A stretch of DNA of 64,000 nt from the IMG/VR virus record IMGVR_UViG_3300032167_000006; one strand, written 5' to 3'. The stretch's first letter is position 1; every line of letters starts with the position of its first letter. A program made the translations under genes and the position numbers. This document shows, piece after piece, positions 29,916 to 40,722 of the stretch. The DNA comes from a virus. Taxonomy: Duplodnaviria; Caudoviricetes. A model generated the notes under the pieces. That model did no database searches. It had not been told where the DNA came from and worked only from the letters and a program-made list of their open reading frames with translations.

Positions 29916-30407
29916 ATGATAGCAATAGCAGCAGTTGATGCAAATTGGGGAATAGGAAAAAATAATAAACTTTTATTCCGTCTTAAAGAAGATATGGAAT
30001 TCTTTAAAAAAATGACAACTGGTAAAGTTGTTGTTATGGGTAGAAAAACATTTGAATCTCTGCCTAATGGTAAACCGCTTAAAAATAGATTAAATCTTGT
30101 CATTACATCTCAACCAAGAGAATCATATGATAACGTTATTTTCGGTACAATGGAAGAGATTCTTGAAGAGATTAAAAAACATCATACCAATGATGTATTT
30201 ATTATTGGTGGTGAGTCAATCTATAAACAATTTATAGGCTTATGCGATATGGCTTATATAACACATGTGAATAAAGTGTATGATGCAGATGCCCATATGC
30301 CAAGATTACTTAATGAAGGTTTTAAATTTCATGATGTTATAGAATCTCATGTAATAGAAGATGATATTTATTGGCATATAGATAAATGGATTAGATACCC
30401 TATTTAA
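29916..30407 (+). CDS. folA: dihydrofolate reductase
   Basis: AAVDANWGIG, EDMEFFK, VMGRKTFESLP, PLKNR, IIGGESIY. Confidence 0.96.
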   Translation: MIAIAAVDANWGIGKNNKLLFRLKEDMEFFKKMTTGKVVVMGRKTFESLPNGKPLKNRLNLVITSQPRESYDNVIFGTMEEILEEIKKHHTNDVFIIGGESIYKQFIGLCDMAYITHVNKVYDADAHMPRLLNEGFKFHDVIESHVIEDDIYWHIDKWIRYPI

Positions 30408-30425
30408 TATTAAGGAGAAATCAAC

Positions 30426-30695
30426 ATGCAAAAAACCAAGAAATCAGTTGAAGTTACTAGAAAAGATTTAGATGAAATTATTATTGCATTTAATGCAGCG
30501 CATTTATATATGAAAGAAGCTAGCAAAAAAACTAATATTGCTTCTTTAAAGAAGCATTATATTAATGCAGCTAGAAAATATGAAAGACGTATGAATAAAT
30601 GGATTATTAAACGCAATGATTTATTTGGAGGAATTTCGGCAAAAGAAATTATGGATAAATATTTGATAGTAAAATCTGAATTAACCAATAATTAA
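30426..30695 (+). CDS. hypothetical basic protein
   Basis: 89-aa ORF, AAGGAG RBS. Confidence 0.65.
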   Translation: MQKTKKSVEVTRKDLDEIIIAFNAAHLYMKEASKKTNIASLKKHYINAARKYERRMNKWIIKRNDLFGGISAKEIMDKYLIVKSELTNN

Positions 30696-30729
30696 ACCAT
30701 AATTAATATTCTTAGGAGGTGAAGATATT

Positions 30730-31530
30730 ATGTTATGGGATAAAGTTAATTATACAGCAGATATATCATATTTAACTAATATCTTCATTACTGAGTATGA
30801 TATATCAAAATGCAACATAAATGTTTTATATACTAAAGGTATTATAGATAAATCTACTTATGATTATCTTTATAAAGCCGAACGTATGGTAAGACAGACA
30901 TTTGTTGGTAAATTACAGAAGGATAATCCTAAGATTGCTAGAGCATTAAAAGATGGTATTATCGAAGCCAAGAAAATATTATTTGAAGCAAATGGTATTG
31001 AAGATAGAGATGTATTAAGTATCAAAAATGATGCTGTATTTCTAATCAATAAGAAACCAAAAATAACTAAATTTGGTTTAATAGAGTTTTTACCTAAAGG
31101 ATTGTATACTTCATTCTTTAAATTTAGAGGTATTGAAGTATATTATTACTATAATAATGTGAATAAGATGGAATATATCGAAGTTAAAGGTATATCTGAA
31201 GAAAACCTAGCTAAGCATGAAGGATACTTTTTACAACTTCTTAAAGATGTATTTTATTCTATTCAAATTAATGGACCTGAAATATCACTTAGAATGATAA
31301 AAGATTTCTATATGGATTATATAACTAAAAAACTTCCTATAGAATATTATAGAAAGTTTGATACAGGTTCTAATTATCATTATATTTGTAATACAATGAT
31401 CAATACAGGTTTTGAAGCAGAGTATGTGTCAGAACAATATAAAGATGTGATTGATATATCTTATAATTTAGATATATTAACACAATTACAAAGATACGTA
31501 GTTTCTATGTACTTTAATAAAAACAGATAA
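30730..31530 (+). CDS. stand-alone divergent family-B-like polymerase palm protein
   Basis: motif A-like ITEYDISKCN, motif C-like LSIKNDAVF, EVKGI; no exonuclease domain. Confidence 0.5.
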   Translation: MLWDKVNYTADISYLTNIFITEYDISKCNINVLYTKGIIDKSTYDYLYKAERMVRQTFVGKLQKDNPKIARALKDGIIEAKKILFEANGIEDRDVLSIKNDAVFLINKKPKITKFGLIEFLPKGLYTSFFKFRGIEVYYYYNNVNKMEYIEVKGISEENLAKHEGYFLQLLKDVFYSIQINGPEISLRMIKDFYMDYITKKLPIEYYRKFDTGSNYHYICNTMINTGFEAEYVSEQYKDVIDISYNLDILTQLQRYVVSMYFNKNR

Positions 31531-31533
31531 TAT

Positions 31534-31559
31534 TACCGTAGGGATTACTCCCTACGGTA
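31534..31559. terminator. bidirectional hairpin terminator
   Basis: TACCGTAGGGA-TTAC-TCCCTACGGTA. Confidence 0.8.
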
Positions 31560-31575
31560 TATTTAATCTTATATT

Positions 31576-32022
31576 TTATTTTTTATTTACTTTATGGTCA
31601 TTTTGTACATTAAACTGGATTACATATTCAAGTACTTTTGTGTAAATTTTTTCTCCAATAACTGCAGCTATTTGATTAGAATCATAAATAAGTGATAATT
31701 GTGAATACAATGTTGGTGATATTCTAGCTGGAACTAATTCACCTAAAGCAGTAGTAATTTCATTTTCTATTGTATTATTAATATAATATAATTGCTTTGG
31801 TGTAAGATTTATAGCAACATAATAATCAAGACATTCATCAATAATAAAATTAAGATGAGCTAATATATCCTGTTCTGAAAATTTAATCTTATACATTTCG
31901 ATATCTCTATGCATAAGGTTTCTACTATTTAATACGTTAGCAAATTTTTTAGATATTATATAAACTGTATATAATGCTATAATTGCTATAATAATCCATA
32001 TAATTTCAAATATTTTGTTCAT
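31576..32022 (-). CDS. hypothetical protein with N-terminal TM helix
   Basis: IIWIIIAIIALYTVYII. Confidence 0.7.
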   Translation of the reverse strand: MNKIFEIIWIIIAIIALYTVYIISKKFANVLNSRNLMHRDIEMYKIKFSEQDILAHLNFIIDECLDYYVAINLTPKQLYYINNTIENEITTALGELVPARISPTLYSQLSLIYDSNQIAAVIGEKIYTKVLEYVIQFNVQNDHKVNKK

Positions 32023-32036
32023 TTTCCATGCTCCTT

Positions 32037-32261
32037 TTAGTCGTTTTTACATCTAGCAGTATGCATTATTTGTGATATTTCTGTAGATGTTTTTGCTTTT
32101 TTAATCCTATTAATCACTTCAGTGCCATAACAAAAATCTTTAGCAGCCCTAATAGCCTGTTTTCTATATTTGCTTAATTCATATTTTAAATTTTTTTCCG
32201 ATTTTTCTGGTAATGGATTATATCTATTATCTATTGTACTAATTATATATGGGTTACTCAT
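32037..32261 (-). CDS. small protein, paralogue of 53361-53546
   Basis: YRKQAIRAAKDFCY..EVINRIKKAKTSTEISQIMHTARC. Confidence 0.75.
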   Translation of the reverse strand: MSNPYIISTIDNRYNPLPEKSEKNLKYELSKYRKQAIRAAKDFCYGTEVINRIKKAKTSTEISQIMHTARCKND

Positions 32262-32553
32262 TTTTATCCACCTTCTTTTCTTCTTCATAATATTTTTGTA
32301 TTCTTCTTATTTTGTCTTGCTTAATATGCAATACCTCATTACTATTAAGTTTAGGTAATGCATTAATATCTTGAAGATATTCAATAATAGATTGAAGTTC
32401 ATAAAATTCTGTAACTATTTCATGTGCATGATCTTTTATAACTTTAGGATGGTGGCCTGTTAATTTAAATCTAATTGCTTTAGAGCAGGCTTTAATTATC
32501 TCACTGCATTCCTCCATAGCAACAATAAGCATATTTTTTGTTCTTCCGTTCAT
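32254..32553 (-). CDS. MazG-like all-alpha NTP pyrophosphohydrolase
   Basis: MEECSEIIKACSK...EFYEL pattern; GGAGG before ATG 32553. Confidence 0.65.
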   Translation of the reverse strand: MNGRTKNMLIVAMEECSEIIKACSKAIRFKLTGHHPKVIKDHAHEIVTEFYELQSIIEYLQDINALPKLNSNEVLHIKQDKIRRIQKYYEEEKKVDKNE

Positions 32554-32599
32554 AATGACCTCCATTAATATTATTATATTATTGTAAATAATGTTGTTA

Positions 32600-32612
32600 A
32601 ACATTAAAATAA
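32600..32612 (+). promoter_or_regulatory. late-type promoter
   Basis: AACA TTAAAA TAA. Confidence 0.65.
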
Positions 32613-32638
32613 TGTAATATAAAGGAGGTTAAATTTCT

Positions 32639-33265
32639 ATGATTGCATTTGAGAAAAATCCTGCTATCTTTGATCCAGGTAGCGAGTATTGTATTACTTT
32701 AGCAGCTACTAGAGGGTCATTAATAGATACTGATATATATTCTAGATTCATTTATTCATGCGAAAATAATTTTAGAAAACTTATTTTTTATAAAGGTTAT
32801 AAGAGTTATCTTATGAATATGGGTTTTAATAGAGACCAAAATATGGCTAATATAACTGCTGAAATGGCAGATATACAATTGCATCATCATTTCCCAACTC
32901 TTAAGCAGGCAGCTATAATGATTACTGAGCATTTACTTAATACTAAAGGATGTGCGACTACATTTGAAGTTGTTCAACTTCTTGAGGAAGCTCATAGAAA
33001 TCATTGGTTTTCTGTTATATTTTTATCTCAAACCCAGCATGAAGTATTTCATTCGGATCCTTCAAACTTTATATCATTAAAACAATGTGTTGGTAATGGA
33101 TGGAAATTTATCGATAAATATATAGATGGAATGACATTAGATATCTCATTTAAGTTATTATTACAACTTAAATTAGAAGAGCAGTATGGAGAATCATTCT
33201 CTCCTAATCTTGTTAAAGCAAGAGAGCAGATCAAAGACTGGTCACTTAAAAATCCTATGTATTAA
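32639..33265 (+). CDS. HNH-like protein, paralogue of 54635-55411
   Basis: QLHHH...IFLSQTQHEVFH. Confidence 0.55.
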   Translation: MIAFEKNPAIFDPGSEYCITLAATRGSLIDTDIYSRFIYSCENNFRKLIFYKGYKSYLMNMGFNRDQNMANITAEMADIQLHHHFPTLKQAAIMITEHLLNTKGCATTFEVVQLLEEAHRNHWFSVIFLSQTQHEVFHSDPSNFISLKQCVGNGWKFIDKYIDGMTLDISFKLLLQLKLEEQYGESFSPNLVKAREQIKDWSLKNPMY

Positions 33266-33272
33266 ATATAAA

Positions 33273-33295
33273 GAGATAGGGGCAATCCCTATCTC
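33273..33295 (+). terminator. hairpin terminator
   Basis: GAGATAGGG-GCAAT-CCCTATCTC. Confidence 0.75.
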
Positions 33296-33316
33296 AGTTT
33301 ATTTTGCTAGCTGGTT

Positions 33317-33329
33317 GACATCTTATTAA
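33317..33329 (+). promoter_or_regulatory. late-type promoter
   Basis: GACA TCTTAT TAA; 15 nt identical to the 7786 site. Confidence 0.72.
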
Positions 33330-33356
33330 ATATTAAAGAAAGGGGTGTAAATTGTT

Positions 33357-36300
33357 ATGATATTCCCTGAGAAGACTATTACAGATAATCCATTTGTGGA
33401 TAATATATTGTATTATAGTAAACTCATAGCTCTTAATTGTACAATTAAAGATGAACAAGAAGCTTTATCTCAGGAAACGCCAGAAAGTTTAAGACGAAGA
33501 GAACTTCTAATAAGTTCTATAGAAAAAACTTCTACGTATGAGGTTTATGAATCGATTCCTGAAGAAATTCTTGAAAAATATGTTACTCCTGTAAGTAATA
33601 TTGATATATATGCTAATAGCTTAGGCTCGTTACAAACATATATGAATTCATATAAAGTCAATGAGAGGAATGATATATTATCAAGGTTAAGCAATTTAGC
33701 AGCTAATATATATGCATCTCATTATGATATAATGATGAATCATTTATCTGAAATTGGCGATACTTGGATTGACGATAATAAAGAATTATTTGATAATTGT
33801 GTGAATGGTACTGCTAATTATAATAACTTATTCAAAGTAATACCATTTAAAACTAGATGTAATATTATTGGCACTTATATAAATAATTACGATAATACCA
33901 ATATAGAAGATATTGCTAATGATTTATATTCATTTGAAGTTTATATTAATAATAGAAGCGATTCTTATATAAATGGTGAATTAAATAAAATCAGTAAAGC
34001 AATGAGAGATGTGTTTATTGGTCATTATACAATAATGAAGGATAGAGGATATCTTGAAAATGCTGTATCTGATTGGATACATTTCTTTGATGATGAAAAT
34101 GCATATAAAAAGGCTATGAATGGAACAGCTACATATATGGATATGTATATGCTATTTCCAAATTATGCTATAATAGAATCTTTACTTGCTGTATTTGATG
34201 AAGATACTATACAAAATAACGGATTAGATAGAGATCCGGAATTATTAGATAATTATATTAAAAATATAGATCCAAATGGAGCTGTTAATGCATATAAACT
34301 TAATAAAGTTATGTCGGATAGATATTTAGAAAATTATAATATTTATCTAAATAGCATTTTATATTCAAAATGCTTAAATGGTACTACTGATTTTTATGAG
34401 CTTTATGATCATTTACCATTAGAGACTAGAAAAATAATACTCTCATCTATATTTGAAGAAAAAACAAATCTTCAAGAATATGCTGATTCTAAGAAATTAT
34501 TTAATGCATATCTTAATACTCTTAATAGAGAAGAGAGAAATCGTATAAAAACGGCTATCACTGTTGATATGCAGAATTATTACCCTTCGCATCATGAAGA
34601 GCTTAATAATTATTATCGTACATTAATCGGACTTCCTCCATTAGATGATAATGGTAAAGTTATGGAAGATACATTAAAAAGTACATATGATGCTGAACAT
34701 GATCAGAATATTTCGCTTACTCATAAAAAATTTATTGATCGACTTCCAGAAGGAGTATATCCAGAATCACACTGGAACCAAGAAATATATAAATTTGATG
34801 CATATGACATAGGTATATTAAATCAATATGGAATACTTGAAGACTGGCTAGTTGCATGTGGTTCAGATCTTAATAATCCGAGATATAAATATTTAAGATA
34901 TCTTGGAGACGAAAAATTAGATTTATATACTTGCAGTAAAGCTATGAACTTTCAGCTTATTGGTATCCCGACAATAGATGATTCTGAATTTAAGCGTAAA
35001 TTTACAGATACATATGTTGTAAATAGAGATTATATTATTAGAGCTGTATATTCAGAAGCACATAAATTCCAATCTGATTATTATGATAAATTTATTATAA
35101 TATTTATACTTATAAATACTATAATGGACTGTCTTACTGGCATCACTGATCATATAATCAATAGAGAAGTATTTGATTCTCGTTGTATTAAATATTTATT
35201 TGAATCTTATGGAATTCCGTTTTATTCTGAAATACCTATAAAATATCAAAAAGCAATGTTAAAGAATCTTAATACTTTAATTAAGTTTAAATCAAGTACA
35301 AGAAACATGGTTGATATTTGTTCCTTATTTGGTTTTTCTGATGTAAGAGTATTTGGATATTATTTATTCAAACAGCGTTTGATAGATGATTCTACTGGAG
35401 AGTATAATTTAAAAGATAATATATATTATGATATATCTCAATTGTACGTTCGCCATGTAAATGGTGATGAAGTAGATTATAATGGAGTTAGATATTATAA
35501 TTTACCTAAATATTTGAAATTATATCCCGTAGATGAAAATAAATATACAAAAACTATTAGTGTAGAATCAGAAAAAGATCCTGTAAGAATTTTAAATAAT
35601 GATAGTATAAAGAATGTATATATACGTGAAAAAAGTGAAGATGATAAAGGTAATGATATATACGAATTTATACCTTTTAAAGATTCAAGCTATTTCACAC
35701 AAATAAATGCTAATACTGCACCTGCAGAACTTAAATTTATAAAAGTTCCAATCGATGAGAACTTATCAGCATATAAGAATGATCCTGATTATATTGTGCC
35801 ATATGATGAAGTAGTATATCAGGATGAGGGAAATACTTGGCATGGCGGTGAAGATTATAATGTATTATATAATAAATTACTTGACCATGAATTTAATGCC
35901 GTTAAAACCAAGTATATATCAGTAGAAACAGTTACAGATATGACAGAATTATCATTCCAAGTTTCATATTTTTACAATATGCTATTTGATAATATGTATT
36001 CTGAAGATAATCTTACTGTAGAAATACCTCATATTAAAATAGGTCATAAATTTAGATTTATGGATGTAGTATGTTATTTATTCTCTTTAATGTATTTATA
36101 TAATGGATTAGAGGATAATATAATGTATTCTCCTACACAAATGCTTTATATTAAAGGATACGATTTTAATAATGATACAAATACTGTATTAAAAAATATA
36201 TTTAATTATGCACAGAAAAACCCTGTTACAGATGAGGATATAGAAAACTATAAGCGTGAATTTAATATAAATGAAAGAATATCTGAAGATGGATATGATT

Positions 36301-39206
36301 ATCGTAAAGCATTCGAGCATTGTAATATGAAAGCGTTTAATCTGGAATGCGATGTTGATAGATTAGAGACTTGGCTAAACAATAATTTCCAGATGTCTCT
36401 TGATGATTTTGTAGTACAAGATAATCCAGATCCAATGCAAGATATAACACTTAGAAGCTTTTTCTCACTTAATAACTCGTATTATCAAAAGAGTCTTTTC
36501 ACTAGCGATAACTTATACCCTGTTCAATCTAATCAAAATATTAAATATGCTTTTGGATATGAATTATTAAAAAAGACTCCTATAGAAGATATTAATGATA
36601 ATAAACATGAATATTTAGATAATAATACTGAAGTAATTACTGATTCTTCAGATACTATATATATTATGGATCATACCAAATATATTAGTAATAATAAGGG
36701 AGATTATGCTATATATTATAAATATAATCGTCAAGATGATGCATTTGAAAAATTTAATAATACAATTTATCATACAAATAAAGTATCTGGAGGATTGTAT
36801 AATAGGCTTTTCAATGGTAAGATAGCAATAGCAGATAAAAATGATAATTATATTTTTGCAGCAGATGCTTATTTCATTAAAAAAGATAAAATATATGATG
36901 AAATCATTGATGAAGAATATTTTAGAGAAGATAATAATAAGCTTAGTGATTACGATAAGATATTTAAATTTGGCGAATATTATATTTATAAAGATGGTAA
37001 ATGGGTTCTTGATGATGAAAATTGTTATGTGAAAATAACCCAAGGTACTGATGTAATTTATGATTTATTAAAAAATGCCGATAATTATGAAAATATTCTT
37101 GTTTTAGATGATGATAGTTATGTAAAAGATATAGATGGTCATTTTATAAGACTATCAGAAACAGATTTTTATAAAAAGAAAGAATCTGGTGAAGATTATA
37201 ATGGCTATGTATATACAGAAGAAGATTGCTATATTAAATCTGCAAATAATAAGAAAACAGAATTTTTCGATCCAACAGTAAAACCTAGAGTGTATTATGA
37301 AAAACTTAGTGATTATTATAATAGGACTAATTATATTATATCTGATACATATTATATATTAAATAGTAATGGTGAATATGTAGCTCAATCTAATTTAATC
37401 GATCCAAATAATTGCTATTATAAAGATGAAAATAATGAATATCATCTTGTTATAGAATCATTATCAACAGTAAAAGAATATGATGCAGATAAATATAAAA
37501 CAATTAGTTCTTTATTTATATTACAAAGCGATAATGATTATGTAGAATATACCAAAGATGGTGATATATATCTTAAGAAATTTGATATAAATAAAAGATA
37601 TGTATATAATTCTGATTTTGAATATATTACCGTATTAAATAAGAACGATACCTATGATTCAAATAATATTATGGTAGTAATTTTTAATAAAGAACTTACT
37701 TCATATAAAGAAGATAATATAATAAACACTTCATATGATCCAGAAAAATCGGACGGCGTATGGGATGAGAATGATTGGTATTATTCTGATGATTATTTAG
37801 GTGAACATTCATGGTATTATAAAAATCCAAATGGAACCACTGTAGAACCAGAGGAAGAGGAAGAAAAAGATGCTGTAGGTTCTGGATTCTATATAAAGGC
37901 ATCATCATATTTAGATGAAAATATTAAATTAATAGAAGGAAATAAATATTATTTATCTCTAGATATTAAAACTAATTTTACTGGAACCATTCAAATCGCA
38001 TGTGTAGCAGATAATACAGTATGTGATGGTAAAGGATTATTTATCAATAGCCAAGCTAGAATATATTCTGTTAAGAAAGATGAAGAACAACATATTGATC
38101 AAATATTTATAGCTAATGATATAGAACAACCTAGATTAGTATTCTTAATTTATGATTATGAAGATAATCCTATTAATTTTGGTGATTTAATCGAAATTGG
38201 TAATATTAGATTCGTTGAATCTTATAATAATAATTATATAGCTCAGGATATTCCTTCTTATGATAGATTACAAGAGCTATATAGAACAAATGAATCTATA
38301 TATAAATACCTTATTACTCTTATGGCTAATACAGATGATTTACGTACTTATAATATTTATAAGCATATATATGATTCTATGATGACTGCTAAATATAATA
38401 AAGAAGCATTTAAACTAGAAGAAGGTAGGTATGCAAAAACATATACTGATTTCTTAGAAACAAGAGATGCTGTATTATATGAAAAACTTTGCTATTTTAA
38501 ATCACTCGACCCAGATGCATTGCGTAAGCAAGTTGCTGATAATATAGTTGAAGTTTCATATGCTATTGATGACTGTATTGATACATATTCATATGGTTAT
38601 CTTTATTCATATTTCCCTGCGGTATCTGCATCATATATTCAGCAGTATATTATTAAGATTATTAACTTCTTTAAATCATGGAAAGTACATCTTTTAGGTA
38701 TTAATACTGTATATAAATTTGATGATAAATTAGAGAATACTATAAAAATTCTTGAACGTCATCAAGAGCGTATAAGAATTGATGATGCTAAGGGTAATGT
38801 ATTTATTTATGGTGGAGTTAAGATTAATCCTATGGATTCTATAACCATGAATGAAAATGGAGAAAAAGTATCGTATTCAGAGTTATTCCCTGATTTTGTT
38901 GAGCATTCACATAAATTAAATGATCATTATACTATACATGATAGAGTTAGAATTATATCTTCCACTGCAAATGGATTTGATCATTTCTATGATAGTGATA
39001 ATGAATTAATGCTTAGATTGAATAATATAGAAACTAAGGTTTCTATTGATGAAAATAATAATCTTGTAATTAATTCAGATAAGTATAGTATTTCAGTTGA
39101 AGATAAGAATAAAGCTATATTGACAACTGATGAAAGTGATCATGAAGTATTTGGAATACAACGTATTGGTGAAATAAATTCTAATACAATTGATTTAACT
39201 AATTAA
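33357..39206 (+). CDS. very large virion protein, probable baseplate wedge
   Basis: 1949 aa; YLFESYGIPF...LKNLNTLIKFKSSTRNMVDICSLFG resembles the P2 gpI/T4 gp7-type wedge core; late-type promoter. Confidence 0.65.
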   Translation: MIFPEKTITDNPFVDNILYYSKLIALNCTIKDEQEALSQETPESLRRRELLISSIEKTSTYEVYESIPEEILEKYVTPVSNIDIYANSLGSLQTYMNSYKVNERNDILSRLSNLAANIYASHYDIMMNHLSEIGDTWIDDNKELFDNCVNGTANYNNLFKVIPFKTRCNIIGTYINNYDNTNIEDIANDLYSFEVYINNRSDSYINGELNKISKAMRDVFIGHYTIMKDRGYLENAVSDWIHFFDDENAYKKAMNGTATYMDMYMLFPNYAIIESLLAVFDEDTIQNNGLDRDPELLDNYIKNIDPNGAVNAYKLNKVMSDRYLENYNIYLNSILYSKCLNGTTDFYELYDHLPLETRKIILSSIFEEKTNLQEYADSKKLFNAYLNTLNREERNRIKTAITVDMQNYYPSHHEELNNYYRTLIGLPPLDDNGKVMEDTLKSTYDAEHDQNISLTHKKFIDRLPEGVYPESHWNQEIYKFDAYDIGILNQYGILEDWLVACGSDLNNPRYKYLRYLGDEKLDLYTCSKAMNFQLIGIPTIDDSEFKRKFTDTYVVNRDYIIRAVYSEAHKFQSDYYDKFIIIFILINTIMDCLTGITDHIINREVFDSRCIKYLFESYGIPFYSEIPIKYQKAMLKNLNTLIKFKSSTRNMVDICSLFGFSDVRVFGYYLFKQRLIDDSTGEYNLKDNIYYDISQLYVRHVNGDEVDYNGVRYYNLPKYLKLYPVDENKYTKTISVESEKDPVRILNNDSIKNVYIREKSEDDKGNDIYEFIPFKDSSYFTQINANTAPAELKFIKVPIDENLSAYKNDPDYIVPYDEVVYQDEGNTWHGGEDYNVLYNKLLDHEFNAVKTKYISVETVTDMTELSFQVSYFYNMLFDNMYSEDNLTVEIPHIKIGHKFRFMDVVCYLFSLMYLYNGLEDNIMYSPTQMLYIKGYDFNNDTNTVLKNIFNYAQKNPVTDEDIENYKREFNINERISEDGYDYRKAFEHCNMKAFNLECDVDRLETWLNNNFQMSLDDFVVQDNPDPMQDITLRSFFSLNNSYYQKSLFTSDNLYPVQSNQNIKYAFGYELLKKTPIEDINDNKHEYLDNNTEVITDSSDTIYIMDHTKYISNNKGDYAIYYKYNRQDDAFEKFNNTIYHTNKVSGGLYNRLFNGKIAIADKNDNYIFAADAYFIKKDKIYDEIIDEEYFREDNNKLSDYDKIFKFGEYYIYKDGKWVLDDENCYVKITQGTDVIYDLLKNADNYENILVLDDDSYVKDIDGHFIRLSETDFYKKKESGEDYNGYVYTEEDCYIKSANNKKTEFFDPTVKPRVYYEKLSDYYNRTNYIISDTYYILNSNGEYVAQSNLIDPNNCYYKDENNEYHLVIESLSTVKEYDADKYKTISSLFILQSDNDYVEYTKDGDIYLKKFDINKRYVYNSDFEYITVLNKNDTYDSNNIMVVIFNKELTSYKEDNIINTSYDPEKSDGVWDENDWYYSDDYLGEHSWYYKNPNGTTVEPEEEEEKDAVGSGFYIKASSYLDENIKLIEGNKYYLSLDIKTNFTGTIQIACVADNTVCDGKGLFINSQARIYSVKKDEEQHIDQIFIANDIEQPRLVFLIYDYEDNPINFGDLIEIGNIRFVESYNNNYIAQDIPSYDRLQELYRTNESIYKYLITLMANTDDLRTYNIYKHIYDSMMTAKYNKEAFKLEEGRYAKTYTDFLETRDAVLYEKLCYFKSLDPDALRKQVADNIVEVSYAIDDCIDTYSYGYLYSYFPAVSASYIQQYIIKIINFFKSWKVHLLGINTVYKFDDKLENTIKILERHQERIRIDDAKGNVFIYGGVKINPMDSITMNENGEKVSYSELFPDFVEHSHKLNDHYTIHDRVRIISSTANGFDHFYDSDNELMLRLNNIETKVSIDENNNLVINSDKYSISVEDKNKAILTTDESDHEVFGIQRIGEINSNTIDLTN

Positions 39207-39211
39207 AATAT

Positions 39212-39240
39212 TAGAGGCTATTATAAACTAATAGCCTCTA
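39212..39240 (+). terminator. hairpin after the 1949-aa gene
   Basis: TAGAGGCTATTA-TAAAC-TAATAGCCTCTA. Confidence 0.65.
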
Positions 39241-39271
39241 TTCTTATATATAAGAATGGAGGTAACAACCA

Positions 39272-40240
39272 ATGGATGAAATTAGATATCTTAAAGATTT
39301 TAATAGACCTAATGATGAATATAAAATGGGTAAGAATGGAATATTATTACCCACACAGCAAAGAGTAAACTCAAAGATTAATATTTATAATGAGCAAACT
39401 GGTGAATTAATTTTTGAGGGACATAATAAAACAGTTATTGCTGGTTCTGCTCTTACAGCAATGAAATTATTTGATCTTGATAGAAATGTTCTTGATAGAA
39501 CTCCAACATACGATGAAGAATTAGATCTTGATAAAGGAGCTAATGGAACAACAGATGAACCAACTGTACTTATAACAAATGGTAATTCTACTATTGCAGA
39601 AATTCCTGATGAATGCCAGAGAAAGATTATTGGATTCTGTGTTGGCCAGGGTGGTGCAGGTTTAGATATATCGGATGTATTTGATGTAGCGTATTGTTCT
39701 CGTATAGAACCAAATATAAATACGATTATACCATTTAGATATCCATTAAGAAAAGATGATGTTGGCGTAAATGGAGTTAATGAAGATATTTATAAAGGCC
39801 GTTCTAACTTACCAAATAAAATTGATCCAACAATAGATAGAAATGCTTATTATTTTAAAACATTTTCTAATACTCCAGCATTAGTACAAAATTATGTAAA
39901 TACAATTGGTACAGCTACAGAATCTGTAAATAAAGCTACAGTATATTCAGATTCTGCGCCTGCTGATAAAGCACAGTCTTATGTGGAACTTCATTTAAAG
40001 ATTACTAAAGAAGATTGTAGAGAATTCTTTATCGCTCATACAGGTATCGAGAACGCAAAAATCAATCAGATATCTTTAGTATCTGCATGGACCAAGAAAG
40101 TTACACTTGAAGATACTAAAGATAATAAGGAAGTAGAATATTTCCAAGATATTAGACCTTTTAGTGTAATTAATATACCTAATGAGATTATTTCTAATCA
40201 TGAAAAATCTCTTAGTATTGTATACTCACTTTACTTTTAA
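39272..40240 (+). CDS. probable baseplate/tail protein
   Basis: HNKTVIAG N-terminal motif, ends in SIVYSLYF; follows the wedge gene. Confidence 0.55.
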   Translation: MDEIRYLKDFNRPNDEYKMGKNGILLPTQQRVNSKINIYNEQTGELIFEGHNKTVIAGSALTAMKLFDLDRNVLDRTPTYDEELDLDKGANGTTDEPTVLITNGNSTIAEIPDECQRKIIGFCVGQGGAGLDISDVFDVAYCSRIEPNINTIIPFRYPLRKDDVGVNGVNEDIYKGRSNLPNKIDPTIDRNAYYFKTFSNTPALVQNYVNTIGTATESVNKATVYSDSAPADKAQSYVELHLKITKEDCREFFIAHTGIENAKINQISLVSAWTKKVTLEDTKDNKEVEYFQDIRPFSVINIPNEIISNHEKSLSIVYSLYF

Positions 40241-40246
40241 ATAAGT

Positions 40247-40274
40247 TACCCGTAGGGAGTAATCCCTACGGGTA
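40247..40274. terminator. bidirectional hairpin terminator
   Basis: TACCCGTAGGGA-GTAA-TCCCTACGGGTA. Confidence 0.8.
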
Positions 40275-40278
40275 TATT

Positions 40279-40722
40279 TTATTGTAAATAAAAATATGCT
40301 TTATAAATATCTATATGTGTGGCAGGTACATCAAAAGTTACAGTATATTCAGAGCCATTTAAAGTAAAACACTCTGTAACATCTTTACCAGTTTTCTCTT
40401 GAATTATACGATAAAGAGCGTAATCACCTTCTGGTACTTCTATTGTCGCAGATATACTACCTGGATAAATTACAGTATAATTTGTTTTGATATAATTTAA
40501 ATGATTAATATCAGATACGTCCATGGTTCTAATCATATTTAAAATAATATCATCTTTTAATTTTGCGCCTGCAGATATTATAACTGTATCACTATCATCT
40601 GGATTAATTAAATCTTCTCCAATAGTAAGTCTTTCCACAAAATTAGGCACAACTTCAGCTTCCGTTATTTTATCTAATCTAATATCAAAATCTTCTGGTT
40701 CATAAAAATTATTCTGTGCCAT
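40279..40722 (-). CDS. hypothetical protein, probably virion
   Basis: overlaps the end of the 538-aa gene; GGAGG RBS. Confidence 0.55.
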   Translation of the reverse strand: MAQNNFYEPEDFDIRLDKITEAEVVPNFVERLTIGEDLINPDDSDTVIISAGAKLKDDIILNMIRTMDVSDINHLNYIKTNYTVIYPGSISATIEVPEGDYALYRIIQEKTGKDVTECFTLNGSEYTVTFDVPATHIDIYKAYFYLQ

